Part shown: positions 10,901 to 22,600 of the stretch, piece after piece
Layout: every line of letters begins with the position of its first letter
Position numbering within the stretch: position 1 is the first letter of the stretch
From: Rotaria sp.
Taxonomy: Eukaryota
Reading direction: 5' to 3'
Length of the DNA: 37,175 nucleotides
NCBI GenBank assembly: GCA_905250055.1
Contig: CAJNOF010000019.1
Coordinates: forward strand, 905,027 to 942,201
Position numbers and translations under genes: made by a program
Notes under the pieces: generated by a model
Databases searched by the model: none
Seen by the model: only the letters and a program-made list of their open reading frames with translations
Told to the model about the DNA's origin: nothing

Positions 10901-13378
10901 ATTTTTACGAAATCAACAATGGAAACATGAACAAACAGAATTAGCTCGAAAGGTAAAACTAAAAAAATAATCCAACTTCATATCCAATCACTGATATTAA
11001 TATTCATCAAGAAATCATGGATTTCAAGATTCCAGAAATGTCATTGGATGTCTTACAATTGATTAGTTTTCATTTCTAGACTTCAATGAATCAAATATAG
11101 GCCAATTATGAAAACGGTCCTTTTTTTTGTGAATCTTTTTATTAGTCAAAATTAGAAATGTGCCGAATCACGAAACCGGAACTACGAGAAAAAAATTTGT
11201 TCTAACTGGCATTAAAAATTATAGTAAATTATTCTATAATTTTAAGTGAATTCTCTTATAAATTATCAATTAAAAGATAAATCAAGAGAGATGATCAAAA
11301 AAAACAACTTCTAGTCATCGACTAAATAAATCAAAAAACGAGTATTAAAAAAATTTGTCGATGTAATACTAAGAAATTCTAGAATAGTTTTCTCTTGATC
11401 GAGACTTGAACGAAAAATAACTTGGTACCGCACACTTTTAGTCAAGACTCTTTACGAATGTACAAGTCTATTTTGTGACATTCTCTGTATTATACAAGTT
11501 ACTATGAAATAGTATTGTTTGAATCAATAGAAGATAGAAAATTAAAAAATCCTCGAAATCTGTTATTGAAAGATCAGTTTTTTTTTCTGTTACACACGAA
11601 AAACAGAACTCGATAGAAAAGACGTTTTTATTAATAGATATAATGATTGCAGCATTTTAATACACTTTGATGAATATATTCTGAATATTTTAGATAGTTT
11701 AGTTGTCTATGAAAAGTTTACCATTTAAAAATATACGATAATTCATAAGCTCAGCTAATCTTTTCATAATTCTGATTTTTCATTAACATGAAATCGAAAT
11801 GATTTTGTGTTGTTTTATGGAGAGATGATTGCAGTTTTTTATTTTAATTTTATCTTATAGGATTTTTTCACTGCTACGGTTTGTGCCTTCCTAGAGTTTC
11901 TTTTTCTTTAACACTAACGTTCGTAATTGCACAAATTTACTAAGGAAGTAGTTTCCTCTTATTTGTGTTTCGTCACAATTTATCCTTCTTTTTCTTTTAT
12001 ATATTTTTTTATGAATATATTTGTTTTTTTTTTGATATATTTATATAGATGGATACACTTGCAAATCCATTTAAACAAGCATCAATGGGTATTGCGAAAG
12101 GTGTATCAAAAATAGGTGGTGGATTAACAATTGTATCGGATACTGTTGTTGAAAATGCTGGAAAAATCTTTCGAACAAATGCAAATAATAATAATCAAAT
12201 GAATATTAATTTCGGTCAAGATACACAAACATTTTCTATTGTTGAAGAAACTCAAGAAGCAGTAATTAAATATGAATATTTTGTATTATACAAAAAAAAA
12301 AAAAATAATGTTTATTTGTTTTATTTTGTATTAGAATGCTAAAAATATTCCACTTCGTGTACTTCTTGTTATTATGGATGAAGTATTTGATCTTAAACAA
12401 AAAAATATGTGGTTTCGTTCAAGATTTGTATCGATATTAAAACGATTTTTAAGAGCATTTATGGGTGATTCAGTTAATCGGTATATTTTATTGCTGTTAT
12501 TTTTCTTTTCTTTTAATTTAATTTATCTTGTATTAGACGAATTGCAACGTTTGTTCAACATTGGACATCAGCAAAAAAAATTGCGAAAGAAATAATACGA
12601 TTCAAGTATGACAAAAAAAAAGGTTTTTATTAACTCTCAACTATGAAAATTCTCTTTTTTTCTAGAGAGAGTTTTTGGCCAAATGGTATTCAAGCTGATA
12701 AATCACCCGAACGTGATCCAGGTGTCCGTAATATAACTCAAGTAATATGCAAAGCTAAATTACTTGGAATTGTTTCAGGTAAATAGTGTATAAAACAAAA
12801 CAAAAAAACCACTTAGACTTATCGGAAAATTTTATATAGATTTCGATTTTTTAACGAAAGAATTTTATTTTAGTTACGTTATTAGTTTTATATTTGAGTT
12901 TAATAAAGTTATGAGAGTAGACATTTTTAGATGGTTATCTCTAATAAGAGAATATACTTATTGCTTTTTTTTTTCAGACGAACTTCGCCATATAATTGGT
13001 AGTGAAACAACTCGTCGTGGTTTATTACGTTTATTTGAATTATTACAAAATGAAACTCTTAATCGTCGATTTGTTTACATTGTTATTGAAGCTCTTTTAA
13101 TAAAATTATTTCGACCAAATGATTTACATTTAATATTTGAAAAACTTTATTCACAATCTGAACGTGTCAAAGAAGAATATCGAAGACGAATATTTGAACA
13201 AGAAAATCATCACAGTGGTGTTACTGTCAATAATCAACATTATGGAGAATCTAATACACGTCCTTATTATTTAAATCGTTTATCAGTACGTAATGATGAT
13301 AATATAAATTATCAAAGATCAAGTAGTGTTCAACAGCCAACAATTCTATCAAGAAGTCTATCGAAAATATCAAAATAA
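4991..13378 (+). CDS. SNX13: Sorting nexin 13-like (RGS-PX1 type): TM-TM-PXA-RGS-PX-Nexin_C, at least 22 exons
   Basis: Exon 1 (4991-5097) encodes 'MISKHLIIAGLCLILGFFGIQRTIYWLFVFTAFIVG' with two TM helices; its donor GTTCGT is non-consensus. PXA exons run 6602-7645 ('IDEPLYE', 'LIDLFVRDYIEIWYKTQLSSDESF', 'EIDWLDFCTGTIVDSFATHVRLYRKAKERL', 'GFLRDIVEVLIYILLP', 'YSDPDALNQLIISM'), matching recalled SNX13 PXA motifs. RGS exons run about 8695-9230 ('LDYFLKFLQTLDAVGYGNFYLNAE', 'AFRCAGLSAS'). PX exon 10529-10791 encodes 'RREWITYRRYSEFNDLHMTIKKRFPALREFINLPNKSF...LKRQKELNDYLT'. Nexin_C exons run 12049-13378 and end in stop TAA. One or more exons between 5270 and 6600 are not resolved. Confidence 0.8.
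8019..8222. mobile_element. hAT-superfamily-like MITE (188 bp element at 8027-8214) with 15 bp perfect terminal inverted repeats and an 8 bp target-site duplication
   Basis: TSD 'cccacttc' at 8019-8026 and 8215-8222. Left TIR 'cagtgttttatccag' at 8027-8041, right TIR 'ctggataaaacactg' at 8200-8214, an exact reverse complement. A TIR beginning CAGTG plus an 8 bp TSD is characteristic of hAT elements. The interior is GC-rich with repeated 'ttcggggg(a)gcg' subunits, has no transposase ORF, and lies inside the 7646-8694 intron of the SNX13-like gene. Confidence 0.8.
8098..8113 (+). repeat. G16 homopolymer flanked by further G-runs inside the MITE; G-quadruplex-capable
   Basis: The sequence reads 'ttcgggggggggggggggggcaagcc', and further GGGGG(G) runs lie at about 8058, 8085, 8150 and 8172. 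Confidence 0.7.
10529..10791 (+). CDS. SNX13: PX (phox) domain exon of the SNX13-like gene
   Basis: Acceptor 'ctttgtaag|G' and donor 'ACA|gtaagt'. Encodes the R-[RY]-[YF]-S-[ED]-F...P...P...RR...L..YL PX signature. Confidence 0.8.
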
Positions 13379-13990
13379 TTTGTTTTTTTTTTGTTCTTCC
13401 GGTGATTTTAGTTCCGTCCATCTGAATAATCCCACTAATATTTCATACATATATATCAATAACAATTATAATTGATTATTTTTTATAAAGTGTCTGATAA
13501 ATATTCTTTTTCTTTTTTTTTTACCATGTATATTTATCATGTGTGTTTGGCTTTTTATTTTGTTATCTATAACAGTGTGATTTGACAAAAAAAAAAGTTA
13601 CTTATTTATATACCTATTCTTCTTTGTACTTCAAAACGAATGATACTCCAATGAGCAAATGAATTATGTTATTTTATTTTAGTGACAGAATTACTCATAA
13701 ATAAAAAGTATTCTCTACTATTTGATTTTATAATTTGTGATAGTTTTTTTTTTTTGTCAGAAAGAAAGCAATAATTTGAAAATAGTTGATTATATTATAT
13801 CTATTTGAAGTTGAGACTAATGTCAAATTATTACTAAATTTTATTAAAACTCTGGTCACTGATTTCTGGTTTTTGATACAAGTAACTCATGATTTTATAT
13901 TAGTTCTAATTCGTAGGATTTTTTTCAATTTGTAGAAATTCATAATAATTTTGCTGTAGAGGTTGCGAAATGTGCACGAATGTGAGATGT

Positions 13991-14075
13991 CACTTCTTAA
14001 ATGATGATGATAGTATAAGAGTACGTCATTGAGGTTTAATGAATAGTCGCTATCATCGTCGTCATTTAAATAGTG
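13991..14075. other. Imperfect hairpin (about 24-27 bp stem, about 33 nt loop) in a gene-free region
   Basis: 'cacttcttaaatgatgatgatagt' (13991-14014) against 'gctatcatcgtcgtcatttaaatagtg' (14049-14075). The mismatches are T against C (a U.G wobble if transcribed) plus one extra triplet. Confidence 0.3.
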
Positions 14076-15629
14076 GTATTACCGAAGTAACATTTCTATT
14101 TTTTGCAATCTTTGGTTTCTGTTTTTCTGAATTTTGTTATAGATTTTTTCCGTCCAAAGTCAGAAATCTGCAATCAGAGATCTAGTAAAACCTAGTAATA
14201 ATTTGAGATTTGCCAGAACTTCATTAAGATTTATTACATTTTTAAATTTTATTTTGAGAAGTCTACATGAGTTCATTGATTTCACAAAAAAAGTCATCTT
14301 TTTCAATCGAAGTTGGTAAATTTTTTTTGTGTCTATCTTGATTAGGATTATAGGTAAGAATTCTTTATCTTCGCATTCTATTTTCAAAATGCACTACAAG
14401 AATACATTAATGAATGGGTTTTGGATATAAAATAGGTTTTTTTGAACTCTTTTCCAACATCATCAATATTAATTTCACGTAATGTTCGATGTATTTATTT
14501 ATATTTGGACCATTTTTTAAAGCACTTGAGACGTTGTTCTCAATTGTCATTAGTAATAATAAAAGAATTAAAACAAAAATCTATCTAATCGATAGATTAT
14601 GTAAAGCATTTAATCCAATCAGTAATGATTAATTGGTCGCATACATATGAAATTTTCTACTAATGGCTTGTAAATATCTGAAAGAAAAAAAAATCAAAGA
14701 AGATACAACATATCAACATTGAAAATCTAAAAAGCTTTAATTTACTCTAACATGATCATCTGAAATTTGCATGGACTCTAGCCAGTTCCATTACTCAATT
14801 ATAGGTACATAGCGTTTGATTACATCGGCTCATCTTCTAAATATGCTCTAGAGAAGGTTAGCAAATTATGTTGATTATATCTACTGATAACCCTTAACTA
14901 CTATCGATACTAACAGACAGTTATCTCGAAATACATGTAAATATATGTTGTAACCACCTGGACTCCAGGCAGATCGCATTGAGATTCTTGGTGATGTCAA
15001 GCGTTTACAGCATTCATTTAAACCATATCTTTTCAGGTATAGATTGTAGATACTCAGTATAATATACTGATAACATCAGTTAATTATAGGGGGTCGTTCT
15101 TGCTATAGTGGAAGCAGCTCAAGGTATGTCGAATTTCATGAAAGTTATGAATGATTCCACATATATATATAAGAAATTGAAAAAGACTACATAATGATCA
15201 AAAAACTATTCTAGATATATAGTTCGAACCAGAGATGGAATCGATTCAAATAAGCCGGACAGACTGGTGTAAAATTCATCTCGACACTAACCTAATGAAT
15301 TGTTGTACTATTCTGTCTGTGAACAATGATATTTGACGTATATAACAAATTCTAATAATAGAGACGAGCAACATATAGCAATATCTAAATCAAATCTTGA
15401 TTTAGTAGAATTTTATTTACTATCAATAGCTGCAAAAGAAAAAAGAAAAGAATAATAATATCAGTTGAGCTATATCAAATAGAATAATAGTAAATATATA
15501 ATAATAAAACGTTTGAATTTTCAGCCATAATTGAGGCCATCGTCAGAAACAAATTGATGGAAAAATTAATATAATCAATTTCATAATGATTGTTGTACAT
15601 TATTCTATGTACGATATGAATGAGATAAA

Positions 15630-15815
15630 TCAAATAACAAAACCAGTAAATGAAAATGCACCTAATCTAGGACCTATATCACCTAATACAAAGTCACAAC
15701 CATCAGCAAGATCATTAACATTAATACCTGTTTGTTTTTTCTCTAAATAGAGAATGAAAAACATACCATGTTTGTAATTGCTTTTAAAATTCATACATAA
15801 AATTAAATAAAACAT
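15630..15815 (-). other. Small ORF/terminal-exon-like segment in the left arm encoding '...INVNDLADGCDFVLGDIGPRLGAFSFTGFVI*'; paralogous copy at 15897-16018 (+)
   Basis: Six-frame track ORF. An acceptor-like 'ttctctatttag' precedes the coding part in both arms. The two copies differ mainly by nonsynonymous changes (D/G, C/G, F/S, R/G). Confidence 0.35.
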
Positions 15816-15896
15816 TAAAAAACATGGATTTTGAATAATATAACAATTCTAATAATAAGACGAGCAATATATAACAATATCTGAATTCTTTCATTC

Positions 15897-16018
15897 TCTA
15901 TTTAGAGAAACAACAACAGGTGTTAATGTTAATGGTCTTGCTGATGGTGGTGACTCTGTATTAGGTGATATAGGTCCTGGATTAGGTGCATTTTCATTTA
16001 CTGGTTTTGTTATTTGAT
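15897..16018 (+). other. Right-arm copy of the small Gly-rich ORF, '...GVNVNGLADGGDSVLGDIGPGLGAFSFTGFVI*'
   Basis: Mirror image of the left-arm ORF, preceded by 'ttcattctctatttag'. Confidence 0.35.
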
Positions 16019-18973
16019 TTATCTCATTCATATCGTACATAGAATAATGTACAACAATCATTATGAAATTGATTATATTAATTTTTCCATCAATTTGTTT
16101 CTGACGATGGCCTCAATTATGGCTGAAAATTCAAACGTTTTATTATTATATATTTACTATTATTCTATTTGATATAGCTCAACTGATATTATTATTCTTT
16201 TCTTTTTTCTTTTGCAGCTATTGATAGTAAATAAAATTCTACTAAATCAAGATTTGATTTAGATATTGTTATATGTTGCTCGTCTCTATTATTAGAATTT
16301 GTTATATTTTTCAAAAATCCATGTTTTTTAATGTTTTATTTAATTTTATATATTTGACGTAGACAACTTTCAACAAAGTTTCATTGCATATTTTTCGAAA
16401 TCGTAAGAGTAAGGAAATTAATAAAACACATCGATAACAATCAGTCTATAGACATACTCGTCTGATCTGAAATTAGTACTGGTGCCGGTTCCATCTCTAC
16501 TTTGAACTAACAACTTTTTTGTTTTTATTAGTTCTTCTTGTAATCAAATCTTGTCTAGAATCTTTATATGTTCTTGATAAACTACTAACAATTGCGTACA
16601 TCATATTTATATAATCAAATGAAATCCACGTGACTCTCAAGCGGACAATAAATCCGAAGCTTAAAGATGGTCGAGTCGTGATAAATTGATATTAGTTGCT
16701 TTTTGTTATTAAAGATGTCATGATTAGAACATTAATTAGATTTGAACACACTTTTATCAAACAAGAGGTGTACATGATTAATTTCAAATTACAATGGAGA
16801 ATTATTCGCACTTCATCTCTGAAATTCTTTTGAGGCTATTGACCATACTAAGCATCGAATATATGAGATGCATTTCCTACTATTTCCTATAACCTAGAAG
16901 AAAATAAAAACGACAGATAATCTCGTTTATGTAGAGGTGCGACTTATTTAAACCATAAAAGAATTTTAATAATTCATTAAATTGATTAACTTTATTGATC
17001 AGTCTATAGAATGAGACAATAAAATAAACACATCATTGTGCGACTCAATGTGTTTCATATTTGTGAATTCATCTTTAATTCGTTTGTTTATACGTATGGA
17101 CAATTTTTTCTTTCTGCAAATTATTATGTAATTTGATTAGGTCAAGTAATATAGCTTGACCTTGTTGGAGTAAATATATTTAATGGTTTATCAATGATAA
17201 TTCATGCTGATATCACATAGATGCTAAAAACCCAACTATACATATTCATATAACTTGAATAAACTATTGTAAAAATTTTTTTTTTATTTATACCTACAGA
17301 AAAACAGAAAATACTTTAAATGTAGTTTTTATTTGTGACACGAATATTGAATTTACTTTTACTATCAATACTCTTACATGATTCAGATAAGAAATCATTA
17401 TTTAGAAATACTTGAAATTCTGCTCTATGATCAAAAGAAAATAGAAGAATAATCAATTTCCCTATAAATTAGCATGATATTTGAGACATATACTGTCTCT
17501 CTTCAAAAGTTTATTTGGATAGGTAATTTATATGAGATAAACAAACGAACATATATACAGTGTAGAATCTACTGTATATTACTCAAGATAAAAATTATCT
17601 TTCAAGATGAAACTTAATTTCTTCGAAAGTCCTATAAGTAAATAGAATAATAAACAAGCTGACATAGTCAAAGAAAAAGGACATAACAAATTGATTTGAT
17701 ATTATGAATGGCTAACTACATTTTCTAAGAAAAATGAAGATAAATGTCGTTATACAGCAGAACGATAATTCAGTCGTAATAATAACAACATCATATTGTA
17801 ACTCGCTCGAAATATCTGTCTATAGAAGTGTAACACCATAGATGGATTCATTGCTATAGTTTGTAAAGCACTAGAAAGTATATTCGTACGTTCTTATCAA
17901 TACGCCTACTTGTTAGAAAGATGAAAAATGTCCTTGAGGATAACGGATAGAAAAGAGAGAATATGATTGAATATACACATAACAATAGTCTTTACAATGA
18001 GAATAGTACAAGAAAGAGATTGACTTAATGAATGGTTGGATATTTTTGATGATAGCATTTTAATTTGATAGACTTTTTTGTTGTCTTTATATATATTTTC
18101 AAAAAATAAGATAAACATCATTGACTAAGTATAATATAATCTTATTTATGTTGATATGTACCATTTTGAGTTCTGTTTTTTCTCTTTTTCTCTACTGTTA
18201 TTACGATTTAGTTGTCTCTTATCTTAACCATGAGGCAAACATATATAACAACTGACTTCCTAATCATCATCGGATATTGCGACTGCATCCAAGCGAGAAT
18301 AAGAAAAAAAAAAAGAGAGATATAGAACAAGAAAAATTGTCTCCGTATTTTCACGACTAGAAATGCATACATACATACACGCACTGTTCTTCTTCTTCTA
18401 TTCCGTTATCGGCTTTTTTTTTAGCTGTTGTCGATATATGTTTTCAGTAGGCATGAGAGAAAAGATCAGACTAAACGTAACTGCTTTTTATTTTCTTTTT
18501 ACATGTTCTTTGCGATAATCGAGCTTGCTTATTTTTTTCCGGATGATACTACTAAGCATCAAAGAGCTAAAGAGAGAAAAAAAAATAAGAATTCTCAAAA
18601 CAACATAACAACTATTACCGCTGTCTTTTAACCGTGTTAGTATCAAATAAGAAACAGAAAGAGCGGAAGAGTAAAAGGATATTCTTGGAAAACAATAATC
18701 GAGTATAAACATAGGTTAGGATAAAATTAAGTAGGAGAATAGAAAATTCCATACATATTATAAGAGGTTAAAGTAATCCGTCTTTGTATATAAGTGTAGC
18801 ATAGTAAAATAGCGACTGTTCTTGATCAATCAATCGCTTCCGTTCATCTTATGTATTAGCTTTTTTTTTTTTCTTTCTCTTTTTTGAGACTCTTTTATGT
18901 AGTAACTTTATATCTTAAGCAATAATGTTTATACTATTTCTGTAGATTCATCTTAATAGAATCATAATAAAAG

Positions 18974-19631
18974 ATGCGTTCATCTTACGATTCATATCAT
19001 CATTCATCAAGCTCTCTTCGCAATTCTCATCATAAATCTCCATTAACTCATTTGGATTTACATCCATCGACTGTTGGAAGTGACCGAGCAGAATTTCATG
19101 ATCGTTATCAAAATCGAGTAAAAATAAACAATTAATTGTTTATAAAATAATTTATTTATTCATTTTCTAGTATGCATGGTTGGAAAAAAATCATGTTAAT
19201 GAAGTTGGTTCACAATATAAGTCATTAGGCAAACAAGTCGATCATAAGCCATCAACATGGAGATGTGAAGATCAAGCAGAAGCTGGAAGGTAAGATATAT
19301 TCAATTGATATATTATAGATAAATTATCTTTTTTTCAGAGAATTTTTACGTATTAATGATGAATGTGCTGATAAAATCTATGATATTCGTGAACGAAGTG
19401 ATATATCTCGTGAATCTCTTCTTAATTCGGATGGCGTTGCACCACGATTTTATCAATTAGAAGCTGATGCTGTATGCTATTTTTCATTCATTTATTCATT
19501 CTTTTTTTTTTTTTTTTTATTATTTCTTAATTAATTCTTTCTATTTTTAGTTAAAAAATCGTTATGAATTAAATAATATGAAACGTAAATTAGATGGTAT
19601 TAAGCAATTACGAGCACGTTTATTTAAATAA
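18974..19631 (+). CDS. Small (about 150 aa) four-exon protein of unknown family, probably partly coiled-coil
   Basis: Exons at about 18974-19117, 19170-19288, 19339-19471 and 19550-19631, all GT-AG with consistent phases. Peptide: 'MRSSYDSYHHSSSSLRNSHHKSPLTHLDLHPSTVGSDRAEFHDRYQNR/YAWLEKNHVNEVGSQYKSLGKQVDHKPSTWRCEDQAEAGR/EFLRINDECADKIYDIRERSDISRESLLNSDGVAPRFYQLEADA/LKNRYELNNMKRKLDGIKQLRARLFK*'. I do not recognise the family. Confidence 0.55.
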
Positions 19632-22600
19632 ATAAATTTTCACTTCTTCTTTCTTTTTTTTTTTTACAACAAAATAATTTTAGTTTATTAATTATTTTTA
19701 TTTTGTATCTATCAATTACTGGTGACATACAAAAAAAAACAACAACAAAACACATTAATAATCGAAAATCAGTGAAATATTATTTGTTCTTTCTTTTTCT
19801 TCTTCTTTTTTTTTTTTTCGTTTATATTTACCTTCTTCTTCATCTTACCCTTTACACATATGCGTGGTTAACAATCATAATCAAACAAAGAAATGTTGAT
19901 ACCATTTGATTGTTTGTATATGTTGAACCATTTTTTTCGTTTATGTCATGATTTCGAATGAAAGATAATAGCACATTTGAATCTTTACCATGCACATATT
20001 CAAATAAATAACATAGATCATCCCTTTGAAAAATAGTATGGTTGTGTTTAATGAATTAGCATTACAAAAAATTATTATAGCTATCAAAGTTTTGAAAAAA
20101 AAAAAACCTATGATCGGACATTTATTATTTAATTTCATTGAGAAAAATAACTAAACTATATTTGAATGTTATTCTGATTTGAGCCGGGGAAAATTAATAG
20201 TTTGATATTTTTATGATTAGCAAGAGTCAAGATGACACTATTTATTGTCTTGTTTGAGAACAAAATGTACCTAATTAATATCTTCCAAAAAATCATTTTT
20301 CATAGTAATGATAATGGTAAAAGTTCGGCATTGATTTTATTTTCAGAGATAGTGTTGCATTGCAATATTGTAGAGATTTTGATGTTTTCTTTTGTTTTCG
20401 ATAGAATGGCCCAGATGTTGAGTGCAAACATATATAAAAAAGAAATTAATAGGAATGTTTTCTGAAGGTCACAAAAACCTTAGAACAAACAATAGTATAA
20501 AACTCTTTTGTAACTTCGGTCATAATTTTTGATTGAAATATATGTATATATAACTGTGGATTACACCAAAGGCTTTTATATCATATTTAAATAGTTGGCC
20601 TGATGTACAAGAGATTGACTAATAGATAGTTTGAATAAAAGTACACTTTGTTGTTTACAACGTGGACACTATATTTTGTCTGAATATTTCACAAAATTGT
20701 GTCTTATTCGAAACACAAAGATTTTGTTTTTTAACTGTCATCAATACGTATGAAAAATCGATGATAAGAGAAGGTCGTATAGCAGTGTTCAAATAGACCT
20801 TTTTGAAAACAAACAGAAAAATTTATTGTTTTGATATAATAATAATGCCTTTTGGTTATGTTATAAAGCTTGCAAAAAACAAAGTAAAAATATAATCTGT
20901 CGTATTCGGTGAAGGTTGTTTTCTAAATTAAAAAAAAAGGTTGTGAATAGTTTTCAGACATATTTTGTTCTAAACTTGCTGTTCCCTTCACGAAAAGCTT
21001 CTAATGAAATTCTTTTTTTATATATTTTTTATGCTAAACATTTTACTTTTTCTACTTTAATGAAGAAAAGAGTAAAATTATGCTGTTGTAATCAATCATT
21101 TAATTCTTCAGACTAAACATTATGTACTTTCAAAATCTATTCTAAACTGGTCTGTGTGTAAAAGTTCTGTACAAACATGTCTGCACAATATTCGTTCATT
21201 TACAAGGCATTAAAAAGAATCAAAAGTAGTGAATAAGAATGAGAATTTCATGCTTTTTCTAAGTATATTTTCCGAATTTTCTTGCTGGCTTAAAAGTTAA
21301 ATTTCAAGTAGTTCAAGTTAAAAAAATCAAAGTAATAGTGGAAGATTTTTTTAGGACAAAACGACTTTTTACAAGGTTAGATGAAATATGATTTGGGTTA
21401 AAGAAACCAAATCTGTAATCAGTTTCTCGGAATAATTCACTTGATTTTTTCCGTAAAGAAAGACTATTTTACGAACATAACGATATTTCTATGAAGTTTG
21501 AACCAGAGTCTCCGATGGTAGAGATAACTTGACCGAGAAATGAAGTACATAATTTTGAAAAAATAATTACAGATTCAATTTTCTTGATACTGAAAACCTT
21601 GGTCAAACTTTGTAGAATACCACTTTTTTCTCAAAAGAAGACCGTTTCTAATGAAAAAATTCAACTCAAAATAGCGAGAAATTGATTTCGACTTCCGATT
21701 TCTCGACCGTAAAAACATTTGATTAAACGTTATAAGCAATTAACGTTCGTCGTCACGACTCGCTTGATCCTCGACTAGATTCTGTTTTGAGAACTGTTGC
21801 TGAACATACATTTATTCATAAGAACTTTATAATATTGCCAGAGACTACCAATTCGTATTTAAAGCTGAACCTTTCTTTTCAGATTTTCTAAAATGCATCA
21901 TAAATGAATCTGTTCCCCTTTTCTGACTCAAAACTTTTTGATTTTTTCATTTCTGGTGTTTTTTGACCATTGAATACGGTTCAGTAGAATCTATCTACTA
22001 AGTACATATTTGAATTTAAATATAGTCTTTAAACGTTAAAAGTTTCGAGCATAAATCAAATTTGCATAACCAAAATAGCAAAAACTGTTCACTGTTACGC
22101 GGTTGTTTTCTCAAAACAGCTCACCATTGCAAATATGACAGAAACATCCATGTTTCGTCTGACTAGTATATCCGATCGAGCTGAAACTTTTCACACATAC
22201 TAGACACTGTTTGGAGAGTATTGATTTTTATTTTAAAAAATGTGCTTCTGTTGATTTCTGAATGCTCTTACAAACAAAAGTTCTGTTCAAAAAAAAATAT
22301 GTTTCTTTAAGGTATATACTTTTGATATTTTGAATCTCAAAGAATCGAAGATGAAAATTGGAGCAAGTGTTCATAATTATGATGCCGATATCTCGCAGAA
22401 GGCAGCATCTAGAAACTTCGAGTCTATGATAACTTTTGCTCATCTGATCACGATCCATCTGCCCTGGAAATTTCAAATTTTTGTGAGAAACCTTGGAAAG
22501 TCGGGTGTAGGTTTTAGATGGTATCGAAGAAAATGAATTGTAAGGTATACGATACAAATTTTGACGGTCTCCATTCTGGCAAATCCATACTTACAGTTCC

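Larger units (their letters stand above)
15341..16347. repeat. Long near-perfect inverted repeat (palindromic duplication): left arm about 15341-15758, right arm about 15889-16307 (extending to about 16347), with a roughly 130 bp asymmetric centre
   Basis: The reverse complement of the right arm matches the left arm almost base for base over about 300 outer bp (about two differences). The inner roughly 120 bp differ at about 9 positions. The centre (15800-15880) carries a truncated third direct copy of the arm terminus, 'aattctaataataagacgagcaatatataacaatatct'. 'atttgacgta' flanks both sides (15331-15340 and 16337-16346). Confidence 0.85.

Noticed and set aside
15340-16350. Possibility that the long palindrome is a CRISPR-like or prokaryotic repeat array
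   Set aside because: It is a single inverted duplication with no short direct repeat-spacer periodicity. The surrounding genes have spliceosomal introns, so the context is eukaryotic.
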